Origin: Candidatus Limisoma sp.
GTDB taxonomy: Bacteria > Bacteroidota > Bacteroidia > Bacteroidales > Muribaculaceae
NCBI GenBank assembly: GCA_051872155.1
Contig: JBJEDO010000024.1
Span: 3,542-67,541, forward strand
Reading direction: 5' to 3'
DNA length: 64,000 bases
Positions 19,868-28,373 of this stretch are shown in pieces. Each line of letters begins with the position of its first letter. Within the stretch, counting starts at the first letter, position 1. The notes under the pieces were generated by a model. That model was not told the DNA's origin and made no database searches. It worked only from the letters and a program-made list of their open reading frames with translations. Position numbers and translations under genes: made by a program.

Positions 19868-21520
19868 ATGAATTTGAAGACAATACATAAAAGCCTAACA
19901 TTCTCAGCATTAGTTTGTATAGCAATATTGGCGACGTCGTGTCGTGACGATTTGCGCACCGGCAACAGTCGCAACGACGGTCGCATAGCGTTCAGTATCA
20001 ACTCCGGCAACGACTGGCAAACACGCGCAGCCGCCGACTCAACGGCGATAGAGACCTACCATATTCAGCAAAAAGTGATGCCAATCATTGTTGGCAACGA
20101 CACGCTTATGCTCACGCTCACCATCGAGCCGAACTTCGGCATCGAAGCCCCCGCCCCCGCCGAAACCCGCTCAGCACCGGTAACCACGGCGACGCTCAAA
20201 GGATTTCATACCGTTGCATACTGTCAAGACAATGGTCAACGCTTTTTCAGTGAAGACTATACTTGGACAGACCATAGCAAACCCGTCGAAACCAATCATT
20301 TCTGGCCCAACAACCGCCAATTGGCATTCTGCGCATACGCACTGCAAACGATAGACAACATGCACGAATGCACTCCAAAAGAAGACAATAGATTTTCGAC
20401 AATCACTACTAACTATGACGAATCGAAAGGGGGCTTGAATGGCTCGTTCGAGTATACATCTCCGGGAAATAACGAGGCTACCGACTATGCTTATCGTGAT
20501 GCATTTGTCCAACCTGACCCGGTGATTGCTATAACGCAGAATAAGCAAAAGCAAACAGAGAATGTTGACTTGACATTTCACCATGCCCTCGCTGCTGTTC
20601 GTTTCCGACTTGGCGACATCCCGGAAGACTTGTACATCCAAGATGTTATAATCAGCAAAGTTTTCCAATCGGGTAAATGCGACTTCAAACTTGACGATAG
20701 CAATGTCAATTTCGATTGGACTAACCAGTCAACAATTATCGATTTTTCACAAGAAATCTGTACAGGTTATAAAATTACCGATACTTCATCGACCAACCCT
20801 AAAGATTTATACTGCACAGACAGCAATACAGCAGAGGTTGATGAATCAACATTCTTCATTGTGCCTCAAAAATTCGAAGGCGACAACGCTGATGCTGCAA
20901 TAGAATTGAAAGCGACATTGCGCAATAGCAAAGACTACAATGGTAGTGAGCCGGATTATTTACCGGCAGAAGACCGCAATTGCGAAAGTGGCGAAATACG
21001 CATAAAGAAGGCATTCACTGCATTTGGAATCGACAAACTCCAAGCGGATTATCGCTATACGTTCACACTCTCAATGGCAGGTTCGATGGGCATCAGTGTA
21101 ACCGACGACCTCGACACCTCGACCAAAATTAAGAGTAACGTCAAAATCAAAAACACCGGAAAATCAACCGGTTGGGTACGTGCGGCGATTGTCGGCTGGT
21201 GGAAAAACACCGCGGGCAATATCGTAGCGCCCTGGAACGACCTCCCGAACGAATCGTGCACCTACGGCGAATACAAGACAGCAGCTGATTGGTCGTCATA
21301 TTGGAAAAAAGGTAGCGACGGTTTCTTCTATTATCGCAGAAGTCTCTTACCACAAAAAGTAACCGATAGGGACCTTTTCGATGAGTATAAACTCACCGGC
21401 AGCGCCCCCGTAACCGAAGCTATACTCGAAATCGACATCGTAGCACAAATCATCCGCAAAGACGCAGAATCGCAACTCACCTCATCCGGGTCACTCGGGT
21501 GGAATTTCCCGACGTGGTAA
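19868..21520 (+). CDS. Fimbrillin-family (Mfa-like) lipoprotein
   Basis: MNLKTIHKSLTFSALVCIAILATSC lipobox. 'WQTR/AAAD' is a candidate maturation Arg. 'VDLTFHHALAAVRFRLGD' is a fimbrillin-like strand. Start moved to ATG 19868 because the -7 box overlaps the 19844 start. Confidence 0.65.
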   Translation: MNLKTIHKSLTFSALVCIAILATSCRDDLRTGNSRNDGRIAFSINSGNDWQTRAAADSTAIETYHIQQKVMPIIVGNDTLMLTLTIEPNFGIEAPAPAETRSAPVTTATLKGFHTVAYCQDNGQRFFSEDYTWTDHSKPVETNHFWPNNRQLAFCAYALQTIDNMHECTPKEDNRFSTITTNYDESKGGLNGSFEYTSPGNNEATDYAYRDAFVQPDPVIAITQNKQKQTENVDLTFHHALAAVRFRLGDIPEDLYIQDVIISKVFQSGKCDFKLDDSNVNFDWTNQSTIIDFSQEICTGYKITDTSSTNPKDLYCTDSNTAEVDESTFFIVPQKFEGDNADAAIELKATLRNSKDYNGSEPDYLPAEDRNCESGEIRIKKAFTAFGIDKLQADYRYTFTLSMAGSMGISVTDDLDTSTKIKSNVKIKNTGKSTGWVRAAIVGWWKNTAGNIVAPWNDLPNESCTYGEYKTAADWSSYWKKGSDGFFYYRRSLLPQKVTDRDLFDEYKLTGSAPVTEAILEIDIVAQIIRKDAESQLTSSGSLGWNFPTW

Positions 21521-21548
21521 GAAAGGTAAGAGATTTACGATTCTCCTG

Positions 21549-22622
21549 TTGCGACCACAACAAATAAAAAATCAATTTCCGGTGAAAATCATTTCGGTCA
21601 TAATAGGCTTAATTCTTGGCTTTGCTATCGGTAACGCAGAAAGCCGCTACTATGACTACCTGACCGGATTCGACAGCATTACAACAAACACCGTCGACGG
21701 ATATCTGCAACTGAAAAGTTCTCGCAAAGCGCCGATTTTCGATGCTACGCCCTACAACGTTGACTGCGAATCGTTCTACTACAAAATCCGCCTCCGCGCC
21801 ACAACGACAAAAGGCTCATCGCTGCTCGCCGACTACAGCCGACATCGCCACGGCGTGGTGTGGAACTACGTCGACAGTCGCAACTATTCCGCCCTCGAGT
21901 TATGCACGCCGCCAAAGACTTACGACGACTTGACAAACCGACACTCCATGCTCGCCGAAGTCCACACCCTTGTCGACGGCGTAAAGACAGTACACTATGC
22001 CGACGAAATAACTTCCGGCATCGACTGCGACGGCGGCTACAACTCCGTCTGCCTAATCTACAACGGGAAACGTCTGAAAATCGAAGTCGGCAACCACTTT
22101 TTCAAAACGCTTTGCACAATCGACAGCATCAAATTCGACACGACGACATCAATCGGATGTTTTGCCGCGCCGAAGACCTTAGTCAGCGTCAAAAGAATAG
22201 AATTTACGAGCAAACCCAAGCCGCAACCCGACAAAACGACCTTCAGCCGTGCACAAATCGACAGCATTTTCGCCGCAACTACCGACCCGAAAGAAGGCTA
22301 CTGGCAATATCTTGACCGCACGATGGACGAATCGAAGATGCGCCTCGGCGGAAAATACACCATAGCCATCGTCCGCAACGGCGATGGCTACGACTTGCTC
22401 TATATCGACGGTGCAATCACTCTTCCCGACCGATGGAAACCGACGATGCTCAAAGGACGACTCACCGACACAATCTTTATCGACCACTACAACCTGACGT
22501 GGTACGACGCCGAGAAAAACGCCATCGACGATGAAGGCAACGCGGACTTTACCGACAACATTCTCAGCCTGAAACTCCCCATCAACAAGACAGAAGTGCG
22601 TCTGTTCAAACTGCCTCGATAA
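21549..22622 (+). CDS. Hypothetical protein with N-terminal membrane anchor/signal
   Basis: 357-aa ORF, 28 nt after the pilin gene. The listed start is TTG, and GTG 21582 (VKIISVIIGLILGFAIGNA) is an alternative. No family recognised. Confidence 0.55.
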   Translation: MRPQQIKNQFPVKIISVIIGLILGFAIGNAESRYYDYLTGFDSITTNTVDGYLQLKSSRKAPIFDATPYNVDCESFYYKIRLRATTTKGSSLLADYSRHRHGVVWNYVDSRNYSALELCTPPKTYDDLTNRHSMLAEVHTLVDGVKTVHYADEITSGIDCDGGYNSVCLIYNGKRLKIEVGNHFFKTLCTIDSIKFDTTTSIGCFAAPKTLVSVKRIEFTSKPKPQPDKTTFSRAQIDSIFAATTDPKEGYWQYLDRTMDESKMRLGGKYTIAIVRNGDGYDLLYIDGAITLPDRWKPTMLKGRLTDTIFIDHYNLTWYDAEKNAIDDEGNADFTDNILSLKLPINKTEVRLFKLPR

Positions 22623-22645
22623 AGTCCGCGTCGCCCGCCTGCCAA

Positions 22646-23125
22646 CTATTTAATATATCCCGTGCCGTGGCAATGCGAGCAATGCACATGCGAGTGACCG
22701 TTCGACGGATAATAGTCTTTACCGCATTCCGAGCAATGCTTTTTCGTTTCCGGCAAGCCGTACGTCGGAGTTGAATAATATTTCGTCACCTTACCGGTTC
22801 CGTTGCAATAAGCGCATTTTCTGCCCGCCGATGTGCTACCTGTTGATGTGCCGCTGCGCTTCGTCGACGACGTTGTCGTTCCGCCCGACGAATACGAACT
22901 GCCCGTGCTCGCATACGAAGTCGTGGCATAATTGCCGGAATTCCACGTAGAGTAATTGGAAGTAACCGGAGAGGTTGCCATCATCGAGTTGCCGTACATG
23001 CTGCCATATGCGCTGCCCGTACCGCAGCCGGTAAGCCCCATAAGCATTCCTTCACCAAAACTGCCGCATGAAGATATTGCGAATACAAAAACCATAAGAA
23101 CCGTGTAGATTGAAAACTTTTTCAT
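22646..23125 (-). CDS. Small lipoprotein with low-complexity S/T/G/Y linker and C-terminal DnaJ-type CxxCxGxG zinc-finger motifs
   Basis: Lipobox FAISSC. A linker of ~80 aa rich in S, T, G and Y. Then CAYCNGTG ... CSECGK ... CSHCHGTG. Confidence 0.65.
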   Translation of the reverse strand: MKKFSIYTVLMVFVFAISSCGSFGEGMLMGLTGCGTGSAYGSMYGNSMMATSPVTSNYSTWNSGNYATTSYASTGSSYSSGGTTTSSTKRSGTSTGSTSAGRKCAYCNGTGKVTKYYSTPTYGLPETKKHCSECGKDYYPSNGHSHVHCSHCHGTGYIK

Positions 23126-23280
23126 TGTTTATTGCTTTTTATTGTTATTACTTTTTGTTATTTGCCTATTTATGACAAGACTGCGGCGGAAGTAACCAAT
23201 GTTAGAAAAAAATTTTCAACAGACTATACGGTCGATGCAAAGAAACTGACCGCGGCGGCTGTTTTTCCATTTTTTGTCAC

Positions 23281-23288
23281 TAAATTTG
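23281..23288 (+). promoter_or_regulatory. -7 box (TAaaTTTG) for the ABC importer operon
   Basis: Exact TAnnTTTG 19 nt upstream of ATG 23308. Confidence 0.55.
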
Positions 23289-23307
23289 TGGTCTAAAAAG
23301 CAAAGCG

Positions 23308-24423
23308 ATGAGAACAACACTCATATATTTATTTATAGCGTTGCTGTTTGCCTCATGCAGCAAGCCGAAAACCGAAGAAGCGGCGGCAACAATGGACTAT
23401 GCCAAAGGGCTGACCATTGCGCACTGCGACGGCTACACTCGCGTCGATGTTGCCGACCCGTGGAATGCCGGACAAACGCTGCAAACTTACCTACTTGTGC
23501 CGCGCGACTCTGTCGTGCCCGACAATCTTCCTCGCGGAGTTGTCGTTCGCACACCGCTACGCCGCGCGCTGGTCTACTCCGATGTGCACGCGCGCGCAAT
23601 CCGCGACTTAGGTGAAATAAGCGCCGTGGGCAGCGTGTGCGATGCCGAATACTTCAAGACGCCCGAAATCGTCGCCGGACTTTCGTCGGGACGCGTCGTC
23701 GACTGCGGCTCAACGATGTCGCCGACCGTTGAACGCATCGCCGGATGTTCGCCCGATGCCGTGCTGCTTTCGCCATTCCAAAATGCCGGCTACGGTGCGC
23801 TCGATAATCTCGGCATACCCATTATCGCCCTCGCCGACTATATGGAATCGACGCCTCTCGGTCGCGCCGAGTGGATAAAATTTTTAGGACTGCTGTTCGA
23901 CCGCGAAACAGTCGCCGACTCGATTTTCGACACGGTAGCCGAGCGCTATACCGCATTGCGCGAGCAACTTGCCAATACGAAGCAACGGCCGAAAGTGCTT
24001 ACCGAATACGTCATCAGCGGCGTTTGGTACGTTCCCGGCGGGAAAAGTTATAAGGCAACCCTGCTGACCGACGCCGGAGCCAACTATCCGTGGAGCGACG
24101 ACAACTCGACGGGGTCGCTTTCGCTCGACTTTGCTCGCGTGTTAGACCGCGCCGCCGATGCCGACTACTGGCTGGTGACCACTATCGGCGACGAACTCAC
24201 CCTCGACGGCTTCCTCAGCCTCTATCCCCACAACGACCGATTTGAAGCCTTCCGCAAGCGCAACGTCTACTACGCAAACACGCTGGTCAGCACCGTTTTC
24301 GAAGAAACGCCGTTCCATCCTGATTTGCTCCTTCAAGAGTATGCAAAGATATTCCATTCGGAGATGTTCCCCGACTATCAACTGCGCTACTTCCGACGCA
24401 TAAACTCAACGGCAAATGAATAG
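23308..24423 (+). CDS. ABC transporter substrate-binding lipoprotein (BtuF/FecB-type, cluster A-2; ligand unknown)
   Basis: Lipobox LLFASC. Size and sequence feel match periplasmic-binding-protein family 2 (iron-siderophore/cobalamin). Precedes a FecCD permease and overlaps it by 8 nt. Confidence 0.7.
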   Translation: MRTTLIYLFIALLFASCSKPKTEEAAATMDYAKGLTIAHCDGYTRVDVADPWNAGQTLQTYLLVPRDSVVPDNLPRGVVVRTPLRRALVYSDVHARAIRDLGEISAVGSVCDAEYFKTPEIVAGLSSGRVVDCGSTMSPTVERIAGCSPDAVLLSPFQNAGYGALDNLGIPIIALADYMESTPLGRAEWIKFLGLLFDRETVADSIFDTVAERYTALREQLANTKQRPKVLTEYVISGVWYVPGGKSYKATLLTDAGANYPWSDDNSTGSLSLDFARVLDRAADADYWLVTTIGDELTLDGFLSLYPHNDRFEAFRKRNVYYANTLVSTVFEETPFHPDLLLQEYAKIFHSEMFPDYQLRYFRRINSTANE

Positions 24424-25432
24424 ATTCGGCATTATAATGATAGCATTGACGGCGGCACTCGCAGCCTGCTTCTGCGCGCTGCTGCTCGTCGGCTCGGTCG
24501 ACATTCCGGCAGCCGACGTCGTCGATATCCTTCGCGGACACGACGTAGGCAACGAAGCTTGGCGATTCATCGTCGTCGAAAGTCGCATCCCGCTGGCTGT
24601 CACTGCGGCACTCTCCGGCGCGGCATTAGCCGTATGCGGATTGCTTCTGCAGACAGCGTTCAACAATCCGCTCGCCGACCCGTCGATACTCGGCGTTTCG
24701 ACCGGGTCAAGCCTCGGCGTGGCTATCGTCATGCTGCTCGGCGGCGGCGCACTCTATACAAGCCTCGGAGGCTATTTCGCCACTCTCGGAGGCGCACTCG
24801 TCGGCGCTTTAGCGGTTATGGCGATTCTGCTTTTCGCCTCGACGTTAGTAAAAAGTTCGACGATGCTCTTAATTATCGGCGTACTAATCAGCTATTTGAC
24901 ATCGTCGGCAATTAGCCTGCTCAACTTCTTTGCCACGCAAGAAGGCGTACACTCGTTCGTAATCTGGGGCATGGGCAACTTCTCGGCAGTGACGATGCGC
25001 CAACTGCCAATGTTTGCCGTAACGGTAGTCGTCGGGCTGCTGCTTTCGCTTATGATGATAAAGCCGCTCAACGCACTGCTGCTCGGACAACGCTATGCCG
25101 AGAACTTAGGCGTAAACCTACGCACGGTGCGCAACACGCTGCTGCTGCTCACCGGACTGCTAACGGCAATCGTCACCGCTTTCTGCGGTCCAATCGGCTT
25201 CATCGGGCTCGTGGTGCCGCACCTTTCACGACTCCTGTTGGGCACGTCCGACCATTTTCGCCTCATCCCGGCAACTATCATCCTGGGCGCCGTCAGCACT
25301 TCGCTTTGCACACTCGTCAGCGTGCTGCCCGACTCCGGGCTAATCCCCATCAACGCAATAACTCCGATTGTCGGTGTGCCCGTGATTATTTATGTAATTC
25401 TGAATCGTAAAAAAATATTCTACTTCAACTGA
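24416..25432 (+). CDS. FecCD/BtuC-family ABC permease
   Basis: 338 aa and polytopic. 'LSGAALAVCGLLLQTAFNNPLADPSILGVSTGSSLG' is the FecCD signature region. Confidence 0.88.
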   Translation: MNRFGIIMIALTAALAACFCALLLVGSVDIPAADVVDILRGHDVGNEAWRFIVVESRIPLAVTAALSGAALAVCGLLLQTAFNNPLADPSILGVSTGSSLGVAIVMLLGGGALYTSLGGYFATLGGALVGALAVMAILLFASTLVKSSTMLLIIGVLISYLTSSAISLLNFFATQEGVHSFVIWGMGNFSAVTMRQLPMFAVTVVVGLLLSLMMIKPLNALLLGQRYAENLGVNLRTVRNTLLLLTGLLTAIVTAFCGPIGFIGLVVPHLSRLLLGTSDHFRLIPATIILGAVSTSLCTLVSVLPDSGLIPINAITPIVGVPVIIYVILNRKKIFYFN

Positions 25433-26415
25433 TGAGCGCAATCATTTACACCGAATCGCTATCGGCAGGCTACCGCAAGCGCAAAAGCGTGACCACCGTA
25501 CTTCGCGACGTCAACCTCGAGTTGCACGTCGGCGAGCTCGTCAGTCTGTTGGGCGCTAACGGAGCAGGCAAGTCGACGCTGATTCGCACCATCTGCGGAC
25601 TACAACCGCCGCTGGCAGGCAAAGTGGTCATCGGCGGCGAAAACGTCAGCCGATTAACGCCGCGCCAACTGTCGAAAACCATTGCCTTGGTAACCACCGA
25701 GCGCACCTACGCAGGCGGATTGACCGTCGGCGAACTCGTCGGGCTCGGCAGGCATCCTCATACCGGATTTTTGGGACGTCTCGACGAGCACGACCGCGAA
25801 ATTGTTGCCGGGGCTATCGAGAAGGTCGGAATCAGCCATAAAGCGGAATCGTACGTCGCCGAACTCAGCGACGGCGAACGCCAGAAAGTGATGATTGCCA
25901 AAGCATTGGCGCAAGAAGCACCCGTTATCATTCTCGACGAGCCAACGGCGTTTCTCGACGTAGCAAGCCGCATCGAAGTGCTCCAACTCCTTCACGACCT
26001 TGCCCGCGACGACCGACGCACAATCTTGATATCCTCGCACGACATACAGCAATCGATGGCGCTGAGCGACCGCCTCTGGATTGTTTCCGAATCGGGCGAA
26101 ATCGTCAGTGGCGTGACCGAAGACCTCATCCTCGCCGACAAAATTTCGCTGCTGTTCGGCAATCGCGACGTGGCATTCGACCCGGCGACCGGCGACTTCC
26201 TGACCACACGCAAAGGCGCTCGGCAAATAACCCTGAAGGCAGATTCGGCGGAACTGCAAAAATGGATAGCCAACGCCCTGCGCCGCAACGACTTGCTCGC
26301 CCGTGAGGCGGAAAATCCTCAAATACACGCTCACGCATCCGACGACATACGCCTCAACGGCAACCGTCTCGGCAGCATAGAAGAATTAATATCAGCACTT
26401 AAAGAGATAAATTGA
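25432..26415 (+). CDS. ABC transporter ATP-binding protein (FepC/BtuD-like) with C-terminal extension
   Basis: Walker A GANGAGKST, signature LSDGERQKV, Walker B IILDEPTAFLD. TGATG overlap with the permease gene. Confidence 0.9.
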   Translation: MSAIIYTESLSAGYRKRKSVTTVLRDVNLELHVGELVSLLGANGAGKSTLIRTICGLQPPLAGKVVIGGENVSRLTPRQLSKTIALVTTERTYAGGLTVGELVGLGRHPHTGFLGRLDEHDREIVAGAIEKVGISHKAESYVAELSDGERQKVMIAKALAQEAPVIILDEPTAFLDVASRIEVLQLLHDLARDDRRTILISSHDIQQSMALSDRLWIVSESGEIVSGVTEDLILADKISLLFGNRDVAFDPATGDFLTTRKGARQITLKADSAELQKWIANALRRNDLLAREAENPQIHAHASDDIRLNGNRLGSIEELISALKEIN

Positions 26416-26417
26416 CC

Positions 26418-27620
26418 ATGCGCGAAATCGACATTTACGACCTCAAACGAATGCTTCCCGACGAAGAGCACGAGAAGCCTACCGACGACTACTTTCTGAC
26501 ACTTGCAAAATACATAGCCACGCTTCCCGGCGAGATGAAAGTCCTGCCGGAATTGCCTCGCAACGTGGTTAACCGCCTGGCGCTCAACCTCGTTGCCTAC
26601 TATCAAGACATCGTTGCCGACGCCGGCATCTGGCGGTCGTTCGTCGTGATGTGCCGCAAATTGTACGGACGCCCCGTGCCGTTCTACGACGCCGACGACA
26701 ATTATATCGACTTCGAGCTAAACCTCATCGACGTACAATTCATCACCTGGTACAGCATCGAATCAGCCCTTGGCTTCGAGGGATTGGTGTCGCCCTACGA
26801 CTCCGACTTGCTACGCTTTTCGCGCAAAGTGGAACGACTTTTCCGCTACCTCTACGACGACGTGCCTACGCCCGAAAATTTCGCCTCGCTGCGCGAACTC
26901 GACCTCGCCGACCGCGAGCAAGTGCGCGACATCTTCAAGGCGTCGGGATGGCTGTTTTGGAACAGCTACTTCCTCCGTCCGGTGAGCAAATATGCCTACG
27001 AGCCGGAAATCAGCGACGACGACGAACTGACAATCGAAGAAACGCTGACCAATGAGCAACGCCTGCGCACAACCTTCGAGCAGCCAACCGGTCCGCTGGC
27101 GCTCTACGTCAACGAATGGTTGCAACTGATGGTCGACAACAAAATGCCGCGCAGCCGAAAAGCAGAAAAAGGCATTCACAAATATTTCCAACAATTCAAC
27201 AACGCCACCGGAGGCAAAAAATTGGCATTTTTCGGCACCTACGACGAACTCAACGCATTCCTGTCGGAGAAGATGGGCTGGGGAAATCCCAACGGAGGCA
27301 ACCTGCCGCAACTTAGGGACTACGGCAATTTCGTCGTGTTCGGCAATCGCGAAAAAGGCATAATCATCGCTCCCGAAGTGGCGCAATACGTGTCGCACCG
27401 CGACAATCCCTACTACGACGCCGCAGCGGCTGCCGACGAAGCACATCTGCTGCTCATGCAGCCCGGTCGCTGCCCGATTGACTTAGTGAAACACCTCTTC
27501 GAAAACGGCTTTGTGCCCGACGCACGTTTCCCCGTAGGCAACGATGCGCTCGCCCTACTCCACGACAATTGGGACTTCCTGGCGCGACTCTATCTCTGCA
27601 AATACTATCGCGCGGAATAG
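26418..27620 (+). CDS. Conserved-looking hypothetical cytoplasmic protein (~400 aa), family not recognised
   Basis: ATG 26418 lies 2 nt after the ATPase stop (the listed start 26412 is TTG). No signal peptide or TM segment. Confidence 0.6.
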   Translation: MREIDIYDLKRMLPDEEHEKPTDDYFLTLAKYIATLPGEMKVLPELPRNVVNRLALNLVAYYQDIVADAGIWRSFVVMCRKLYGRPVPFYDADDNYIDFELNLIDVQFITWYSIESALGFEGLVSPYDSDLLRFSRKVERLFRYLYDDVPTPENFASLRELDLADREQVRDIFKASGWLFWNSYFLRPVSKYAYEPEISDDDELTIEETLTNEQRLRTTFEQPTGPLALYVNEWLQLMVDNKMPRSRKAEKGIHKYFQQFNNATGGKKLAFFGTYDELNAFLSEKMGWGNPNGGNLPQLRDYGNFVVFGNREKGIIIAPEVAQYVSHRDNPYYDAAAAADEAHLLLMQPGRCPIDLVKHLFENGFVPDARFPVGNDALALLHDNWDFLARLYLCKYYRAE

Positions 27621-27671
27621 CATTAAACCAAACCCGCATTTTGTCGTCTAAGAGAAATAAATTCAGAGACT

Positions 27672-28373
27672 ATGAAAAATTTTAAGAATCTCTTGCCGGC
27701 AATCATAATTGCCATAGGCATCGCCGCTTTGGGATGGTTCGTCAAAGCAGGGTTAACAGGTTTTACCGATAGTTCGAGAGTAGTAACTGTCAAAGGGCTG
27801 TCGGAACGCGAAGTGAAAGCCGATAAAGTAATCTGGCCCATCTCGTTTGTCGAGATAGGCGACGACCTCGGCTCGCTCTATTCGACAATCGAGTCGAAAA
27901 ACAGTATGATTATTTCCATGCTGAAAAGCAAAGGCATCAGCGATGGCGAAATAACCTCGCGCATCGACGTCGAAGATATGAAAGCCAACGCCTACACAAA
28001 CAACGTCACAACCCGCTACAAAGCCTCGTCGGTAATCACCGTCAACACGCGCAACGTCGACACCGTGCTCGGGCTTATGCAAGAGCAATCGTCGCTGATT
28101 GAGAAAGGCATCGCCATTTCGCTAAATCGCTACGAAAACCCCGTTCAGTTTGAATTTACCGGGCTGAACAACATCAAGCCGGAAATGATAAAAGACGCTA
28201 CCCAAAACGCACGAAAAGCGGCACAACAATTTGCTACCGACTCGGAAAGCGAACTCGGCAAGATTCGCTCGGCTACGCAAGGTCAATTTACCATCGAAGA
28301 CCGCGACCAAAACACTCCCTACATCAAAAACGTAAGAGTCGTAACAACTATTGTCTACTCACTCGAAGATTGA
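27672..28373 (+). CDS. SIMPL (DUF541) domain protein
   Basis: N-terminal anchor LLPAIIIAIGIAALGWF, then 'RVVTVKGLSEREVKADKVIWPI...' and a C-terminal 'GKIRSATQGQF...' pattern typical of SIMPL/26-kDa periplasmic antigen family. Confidence 0.6.
   Translation: MKNFKNLLPAIIIAIGIAALGWFVKAGLTGFTDSSRVVTVKGLSEREVKADKVIWPISFVEIGDDLGSLYSTIESKNSMIISMLKSKGISDGEITSRIDVEDMKANAYTNNVTTRYKASSVITVNTRNVDTVLGLMQEQSSLIEKGIAISLNRYENPVQFEFTGLNNIKPEMIKDATQNARKAAQQFATDSESELGKIRSATQGQFTIEDRDQNTPYIKNVRVVTTIVYSLED

Noticed and set aside
23126-23307. Possible cobalamin riboswitch upstream of the BtuF-like gene.
   Set aside because: The spacer is too short and AT-rich, and I could not find a B12-box-like GCCACTG core or the conserved GGTG/AGGGAA elements. 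Only a covariance-model scan could settle this formally.
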